DNA from: Cyanobacteriota bacterium | GTDB taxonomy: Bacteria; Cyanobacteriota; Cyanobacteriia; Thermostichales; Thermostichaceae | NCBI GenBank assembly: GCA_033764955.1 | Contig: JANRIL010000042.1 | Coordinates: forward strand, 132,205 to 196,204 | DNA length: 64,000 nucleotides | Direction: 5' to 3' | Shown here: positions 58,448 to 64,000 of the stretch, piece by piece | Layout: each line of letters starts with the position of its first letter | How positions within the stretch are numbered: position 1 is the first letter of the stretch | Program-made: the position numbers and the translations under genes | Notes under the pieces: generated by a model | Databases searched by the model: none | Told to the model about the DNA's origin: nothing | The model's input: the letters and a program-made list of their open reading frames with translations, nothing else

Positions 58448-58472
58448 AGAGATAGGAAAGGAGAGCAAACTG

Positions 58473-58946
58473 ATGATGACTTCGGCTCGTTTTTCTGCCT
58501 TGGGACTTGATATTGGCAACCGCCGAATTGGGGTGGCAGGGTGTGACGGCACTGGCTTAATCGCCACTGGATTAGGAGTCATTCATCGACAAAACTATGT
58601 CAAAGATGTTGCGGCCCTCAATGGTTGGATCGAACAGCGACAGGCAAAAATTTTAGTCATTGGCTTACCTCTACTCAGCGATGGTAGCCGCGGATCCCAA
58701 GCGGAAAAGGTGGCCGCGTTTGTGCGCGTCATTCAACAAAAAATTAATCTGCCCGTTGAATATATCAATGAATATCTCAGCACTGTACAAGCCAGTTGGG
58801 ATCTGCAAAGTGTAGGGATTGCCAGCAAACAACAAAAGCATCTGATTGATCAGCACGCTGCCGCTGTTATCTTGCAGGAGTGGTTGGATCAGCGCCGTCA
58901 CAGGACTGGAGTAGCCGCAAGAGGAGTCTCGGACAGCCCTTCGTAG
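58473..58946 (+). CDS. ruvX: YqgF/RuvX family nuclease
   Basis: 'LGLDIGNRRIGVA.CD', 'VIGLP', 'NEYLST', 'IDQHAAAVILQEWLD'. Confidence 0.93.
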   Translation: MMTSARFSALGLDIGNRRIGVAGCDGTGLIATGLGVIHRQNYVKDVAALNGWIEQRQAKILVIGLPLLSDGSRGSQAEKVAAFVRVIQQKINLPVEYINEYLSTVQASWDLQSVGIASKQQKHLIDQHAAAVILQEWLDQRRHRTGVAARGVSDSPS

Positions 58947-61030
58947 CGCCCCACCAAACGATGCAACTGTTGCACTAGCAAGCTCAAAAACAAACCCACA
59001 TCCGTTACAATCCCTACCGACTCTAGGGATCCCCGATCCGCTAGCTTCGTGACCACGGCGGGATTGATATCCACACAGATCAGCTTCACCCCGGCGGGGG
59101 TCATATTGCCCACCCCAATCGAGTGCAGCATGGATGACAGCATCAGCACCATATCCGATCCGGCAATCAGCCGAGCATAGTCGGCCTGAGCCTGAATCAA
59201 ATTCATCTCCGTATCGGGTAATGGCCCATCATCCCGAATCGATCCGGCTAGAGCAAAAGGAACCTGATGGTGAATGCACTCATAAAACACTCCACCCGTG
59301 ATGGATCCCGCTTCGACGGCGGCTCGAATGCTGCCATAGTTTCGCACCATGTTGATGGTTTTCAGGTGATGGCGATGCCCTCCTTTGACCGCACTGCCTC
59401 GGTGCATATCCACGCCAAGAGAAGTGCCATAGACGTTTTGCTCGAGGTCATGCACCGCAATGGCGTTTCCCCCCAGGAGAGCCTGCACATATCCCTCTCG
59501 AATCAAGGTGGCCAAATGGGATCCCCCCCCCGTATGAATCACCACTGGTCCCGCCACCACCACGGTTTTGCCCCCCCGCTCTTTGATCTGGCGCAGTTCC
59601 CAGGCAATTTGCTCCACCTGCAATTCCACCCGCCGCTCACTAGATACCCCCGCCCCCATGAAGGAGAACTCGTGGGAGCGCTCTTTGGTGGGCTGCCGGA
59701 GGGTACGGATCCCTTCTACTCCGACAACCACCTGCTGGTTCGCCACAATATCTCGCATCAAGGCACAACGAGCCTGCGACTTGCCCTCCGGATCGGTACT
59801 GACCACAATAGCTCCATCCATCCGCTGCCCCTGCACATCCACCCACTGTCCGTTCACCCTCACTTGGGTCGGGTAAATGGTGGTGACATAGAAATCATCG
59901 GGAGCCACCCCCGTTTTTTGAGCTACTTCTAAGTGGACATCTTGCTGGGATTGATCGGGCAAAATAGCTCCCCGTTCAATCAAAGCACTCAAGATAGTAG
60001 CCAACATATCTTCGGTGGGAGCTGAAATAGACAGCTCAATACTGGAGGTGCTTTGTCGTTTTTCTCCCAAGGTAAATTTAACGATTTGAAAACTGCCACC
60101 ATTTTCGACAATTAAATCAATGGCATCATTCAAAATATTGCTGTCAACCAAATGTCCGCTTAAGATAACCGTTCGGCTAAAAACTGTAGCGACGGGATCC
60201 GTCTGTGGAGCAATCGTTTCTGTCACCCGCAGGGTTAGACATTTGGCGGCTCCGCCTGCCTTCAAAAACTCCGTCAATTCGGTAGCAACAACCCGAAATC
60301 CTTTTGCCTCTAATAGAGCTTGCAATTCAGGACTAACGCGATTCACGACAATTGTGCCATTCACATCCACAGCATTACAGGCAAAATTGATCGCATCCGC
60401 TTCATCAATCGGGATCCGCTTTTCAGCAGGGACTCGCAACTCAATCAAACGATTGGAGTAGGTATCAAAAGCGGCTGGATAGTAAAGTAAATAGCCATTG
60501 GAAAGGGGACAAAAACAGGTATCCAGATGATAAAATCGCTCATCCACTAAGCGGAGGGATAACACCTCAATTTCTAGCCATTTTGCCAGATAGGGATGCG
60601 ACTCTAGCATCGAGCGGAAGCCATAGCCTGCCCACAACCAGCGTCCTGCCCGATCCAACAGGGCATCTCCTGCGCCCTCAAAAGCTAGTTCGGGTGGCAA
60701 CTCATAAACGGTGTATCCTTGCGCCTCAAACCATGCTTTGAAAAAGGGCTGTTCCCCTTGCCGTTCGGGGTGATAAAAGCGGCTGAGGACAACCGTTTGG
60801 TTGAGAATTAAACCGGCATTAGCGGTAAAGACCATATCCGGCCATCCCTGAGCAGGCTCCACCAATTGCACATCCGCTTGACTGCTCAAAATGGTGTAGA
60901 GATTTTTCCACTGCCCCTCAGCACGTTCCTTGGAGGAGCGGTGGATATTGCCCACCATCCACGGGTTGATTACGTAGTCCACGTCGTAGTGGTGGGGAGG
61001 ACACATCAGGTATTGGATCGGGCTGGTCAT
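58898..61030 (-). CDS. argZ: Bifunctional arginine dihydrolase / ornithine cyclodeaminase-like protein (ArgZ/AgrE, TIGR00300)
   Basis: Amidinotransferase domain 'YVINPWM', 'PDMVFTANAG', 'FYHLDTCF', 'KAGGAAKCL' fused to a LOR/SDH-like domain 'GGNAIAVHD', 'LAGSIRDDGPLPDT'. Confidence 0.93.
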   Translation of the reverse strand: MTSPIQYLMCPPHHYDVDYVINPWMVGNIHRSSKERAEGQWKNLYTILSSQADVQLVEPAQGWPDMVFTANAGLILNQTVVLSRFYHPERQGEQPFFKAWFEAQGYTVYELPPELAFEGAGDALLDRAGRWLWAGYGFRSMLESHPYLAKWLEIEVLSLRLVDERFYHLDTCFCPLSNGYLLYYPAAFDTYSNRLIELRVPAEKRIPIDEADAINFACNAVDVNGTIVVNRVSPELQALLEAKGFRVVATELTEFLKAGGAAKCLTLRVTETIAPQTDPVATVFSRTVILSGHLVDSNILNDAIDLIVENGGSFQIVKFTLGEKRQSTSSIELSISAPTEDMLATILSALIERGAILPDQSQQDVHLEVAQKTGVAPDDFYVTTIYPTQVRVNGQWVDVQGQRMDGAIVVSTDPEGKSQARCALMRDIVANQQVVVGVEGIRTLRQPTKERSHEFSFMGAGVSSERRVELQVEQIAWELRQIKERGGKTVVVAGPVVIHTGGGSHLATLIREGYVQALLGGNAIAVHDLEQNVYGTSLGVDMHRGSAVKGGHRHHLKTINMVRNYGSIRAAVEAGSITGGVFYECIHHQVPFALAGSIRDDGPLPDTEMNLIQAQADYARLIAGSDMVLMLSSMLHSIGVGNMTPAGVKLICVDINPAVVTKLADRGSLESVGIVTDVGLFLSLLVQQLHRLVGRYEGLSETPLAATPVL

Positions 61031-61141
61031 AATCAAAAAAGCAAGAAAAAGCGTAGATAACGTCAGAACACCCAATCACCTTAGCAGCTAATGGCAGATA
61101 GGGGAGCAGCACCTTGAGGGCAACCCTACTCGGCTCGTTTG

Positions 61142-62314
61142 TTACCCGCTATGGCCTTCGGACGAGGCACTGGTCTGCAAGGTCTGCACGAGCGATTGGG
61201 CTACTTGGCCTATATCGAAGCGATTGGCAAAACAGCGCCTAGCTGCAGCACGAGCCGCAAGCCGCTCTTCCGAAGAAGCATGGAGCCAGCCCTCCAGCAA
61301 CAGTTGGCATCCCTCCAGTGTGTCGGCTGCCGCCCAGCCCGCGCCATCCCTGACAATTTCTTGCCAAATATTCACCTGCTGAGAGATCAGAACCGGGATC
61401 CCACAAGCCAGGGCTTCCACCACGGCAATGCCAAAATTTTCTTGATGGGAAGGCAACACAAACACATCCGCCGTATGAAAAGCTCCCCACTTCAAATCCC
61501 CCGTCAGCATCCCTGGAAAGGTGACCTGGGATCCCACCCCTAAGCGATCCGCTAGCCCTACCAATTCCTTTTGCCAACCCACCTGATCGGGGCCAGCCAT
61601 CACAAGATGGCAATCCGCTTGCCCTCGACAAACCGCTGCAAAGGCTTGAATCAGCAGGTCGCAACCCTTTTTGGGATGGAGTCGTCCTAGGAAAAGAAAA
61701 ACTCGCTGATCGCGCAGATGAGGAAACTCTCGTAAAAACGCTTGCTGCTGTTGCTCAGGATCGGCGATGGGGATGGCGGTTCCATAATTGACTACCTGCT
61801 CACGGCAGCGATAAGGCCAAAAGGACTGTCGGGCCAGGATTTTTTCCTCCTCACAGGTAAATAACACCGCTTGAGCATGACTAAGTACATGATATTCAGC
61901 CAGTAGCCAGTAAAGCGATTTTTTCAGGTGCTTTAGGGGATAAGCCCGCTTAAACCAGGGATCCAACATGCCGTGGGGATAGACAAAGTAGGGGATCCCA
62001 CTGCCCCGCAGAGCCAACCACGTGCCGAAACTAGAAAATTGCCAGAGTCCATGAATAATCACCACATCGAAGTCAGGAGCATGAGTTTTCAGCCAAGGGA
62101 TCCATCGGTGAGACAAATGATAGCCAGAAACACCGGATCCCAAGGCATGAACTCTTCCAGGAAACGTAGCCAACCAATCAGCTTCTGGGGGATCGAGACA
62201 AACCACTTCGGTAGGATGTCCCAGCAACTTCAAAATGGGGGTGAGGGTGCGGATCCCTTCTATCGGCCCTCCCTGCGCCGGATTGACCGAAGCAATAGTC
62301 CGTAAAATTCGCAT
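61142..62314 (-). CDS. GT4-family glycosyltransferase
   Basis: 'IHGLW', 'PHGMLDPW', 'FLGRLHPKKG', 'LPSHQENFGIAVVEALACG'. Confidence 0.93.
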   Translation of the reverse strand: MRILRTIASVNPAQGGPIEGIRTLTPILKLLGHPTEVVCLDPPEADWLATFPGRVHALGSGVSGYHLSHRWIPWLKTHAPDFDVVIIHGLWQFSSFGTWLALRGSGIPYFVYPHGMLDPWFKRAYPLKHLKKSLYWLLAEYHVLSHAQAVLFTCEEEKILARQSFWPYRCREQVVNYGTAIPIADPEQQQQAFLREFPHLRDQRVFLFLGRLHPKKGCDLLIQAFAAVCRGQADCHLVMAGPDQVGWQKELVGLADRLGVGSQVTFPGMLTGDLKWGAFHTADVFVLPSHQENFGIAVVEALACGIPVLISQQVNIWQEIVRDGAGWAAADTLEGCQLLLEGWLHASSEERLAARAAARRCFANRFDIGQVAQSLVQTLQTSASSEGHSG

Positions 62315-62558
62315 GTTCCCGATCCTTAAAACTTAGTATTCCTCTGCCCCTGAGAACTGTCATTGTGATCAGCAAAGGCAGAGAGCAGTCGTTTGGTGAT
62401 GACGGGCAGATGATGACGAGTCATTTCCGGTCAATGTCACCCACTCCTTTTAAGCTAGCCGCACCGTTGCCTCACAGGCTCTTTTCTAAGCACAAAAAGA
62501 CAGGAGAGCTTCTGCCAAATCTCGCTATTATGAATAGCCGTAACTCCCCAGGGATCCT

Positions 62559-63824
62559 ATGAGTCCTACCTCCCAGAGAAACCCTTGGCAGCCCCCCCGC
62601 CTCCGCAGTATTGAAACCGATAGCGAACGTCACGCCTCATGGTTAGAGTTATTTTTTGATCTCGTTTTTGTGGTAGCTGTCTCCGAACTCTCCCACTATT
62701 TGAGCACTCATATTTCACTGCAAGGATTTCTCATCTTTGTCGGCCTATTTTTGCCCATTTGGTGGTCGTGGATTGGAGCCACTTTTTATGCCACCCGCTT
62801 TGATACCGATGATTTGGGGCATCGCTTGTTGACCCTCCTACAAATTGCGGCGGTTGCTGCTTTAGCCGTCAATGTTTATGAAGCGACGGGAGCCACAGCG
62901 GTCGGATTTGCCCTTGCCTATGCTACGGTTCGCCTGATTACGATTGCCGAATACATCCGCGTTTGGTTAAGTGTTGAGCAGGCTCGCCCACTGGCTCGAA
63001 TCTATGTTCGAGGTTTTTCACTGGCCATGAGTCTTTGGGTAATCTCCGTTTTTGTGCCGCCACCCCAGCGATTTATCTTGTGGGGAATGGCGATGGTGGT
63101 GGATTTTTTGACCCCTTTGGTGGATCGCCGTCTAATTACACGGATCCCGGTGGATGTTTCCCACGCCACAGAGCGGATGGGTTTATTCACGATTATTGTC
63201 CTGGGAGAAGCGGTGTTAGGAGCCGTGCGAGGGGTTTCGGAGCAAGAGTGGAATTGGCTGTCGGCTCTCATTGCTTTTTTAGGATTAAGTATCGCCTTTA
63301 GCTTTTGGTGGATTTATTTTGACAGTATGGACAACTCCCCTTTGCAAGCCGCAAAGGCAGGAGATGCCAAAACCGGATTTGTCTGGCTTTATATTCATTT
63401 GGCCTTAGTGATTGGTCTGGCCGGAACAGGGGTAGGGGTCGAAAAAATTGTGGCGGGGAGTATGGCGGGATCCCTAGATAGTTCAGCACGCTGGGTATTG
63501 GGGGGATCGGTGGTGATTTGCCTGTTGGCGATGGCGGTTTTGCATGGGGTCACGGCTTCCCTGGCCGAACGGCATCGCAAAATGCTCAGTCTCTACCGGT
63601 TGCTAGCCGTGGCCTTTGCTCTGGTGATGACCAGTCTGCCCTTGCCGCCCCTGGTGTTTATGGGATTGATAGCCGCCACATGCTTAGTGCAGGTGGGGCT
63701 AGAACTGCTGCGTTCTCACCAACTGGAACCGGAGCAACGAGCCATGCTGGCCTCTGGGAGTGGATTACTGCTGGATACGGATCGCCCTGAAGATCACCCG
63801 CACCCCCCCGACCCACGAGCCTGA
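62559..63824 (+). CDS. ltrA: Low temperature requirement protein A family membrane protein
   Basis: 'HASWLELFFDLVFV', 'ERMGLFTIIVLGE', 'WWIYF', 'YIHLAL'. Confidence 0.9.
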   Translation: MSPTSQRNPWQPPRLRSIETDSERHASWLELFFDLVFVVAVSELSHYLSTHISLQGFLIFVGLFLPIWWSWIGATFYATRFDTDDLGHRLLTLLQIAAVAALAVNVYEATGATAVGFALAYATVRLITIAEYIRVWLSVEQARPLARIYVRGFSLAMSLWVISVFVPPPQRFILWGMAMVVDFLTPLVDRRLITRIPVDVSHATERMGLFTIIVLGEAVLGAVRGVSEQEWNWLSALIAFLGLSIAFSFWWIYFDSMDNSPLQAAKAGDAKTGFVWLYIHLALVIGLAGTGVGVEKIVAGSMAGSLDSSARWVLGGSVVICLLAMAVLHGVTASLAERHRKMLSLYRLLAVAFALVMTSLPLPPLVFMGLIAATCLVQVGLELLRSHQLEPEQRAMLASGSGLLLDTDRPEDHPHPPDPRA

Positions 63825-64000
63825 CTCCAACCTAGTCTATCGGTGGTGAACTATTGGTCGTCAACAACCCCACCCACAAGGGGATGGGGCTTGTGATTCA
63901 AGTTCCCATCTCTGGGTAGACCACAATAGGCACATTGACTGATGCCCTGAGCTTAAGAAAATCCTCACGAATGTTCACCGCAGCGTTGTAATCTCCATGA

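Noticed and set aside
59267..59932. 221-aa ORF antisense to argZ, and similar antisense ORFs over chlP, aas and purL
   Set aside because: Shadow ORFs of well-supported genes on the opposite strand.
1..64000. tRNA, rRNA, prophage or integrase
   Set aside because: No cloverleaf, rRNA signature, phage structural gene or recombinase was recognised by eye; tRNAscan-SE/Infernal would be needed to exclude RNA genes fully.

Overview
Cyanobacterial chromosome segment. The pervasive GGGATCCC palindrome points to the Thermostichus / hot-spring Synechococcus OS-A/OS-B' lineage (inference). Most of it is housekeeping: glcE, purL, phylloquinone men genes, aas, chlP, psbEFLJ plus an unlisted psaI, psbZ, ribH, tmk, fabI, ybaB-recR-frr, furC/perR, cysQ, prfC, ruvX and argZ. 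Accessory elements: (1) a GntR-linked ABC-transport/deacetylase operon interrupted by a tnpB-only IS200/IS605 element that inserted exactly inside the deacetylase stop codon (15821-17203, inferred TAM TCAT); (2) a 40-50.5 kb variable region with two lipoproteins sharing a dockerin-like N-terminal module joined through Pro/Ser linkers to different cargo domains, a 530-bp tandem duplication that created a new lipoprotein gene, two coupled Rpn-like nucleases with internal Shine-Dalgarno/ATG starts (intragenic antitoxin signature) and a decayed copy of the adhesin/rpn junction; (3) a stand-alone Cys-rich protein with a C-terminal PD-(D/E)XK nuclease and a proteasome-beta/Ntn-hydrolase-like gene. 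No rRNA, tRNA or CRISPR array was seen. All assignments come from motif recognition by eye; no searches were run.
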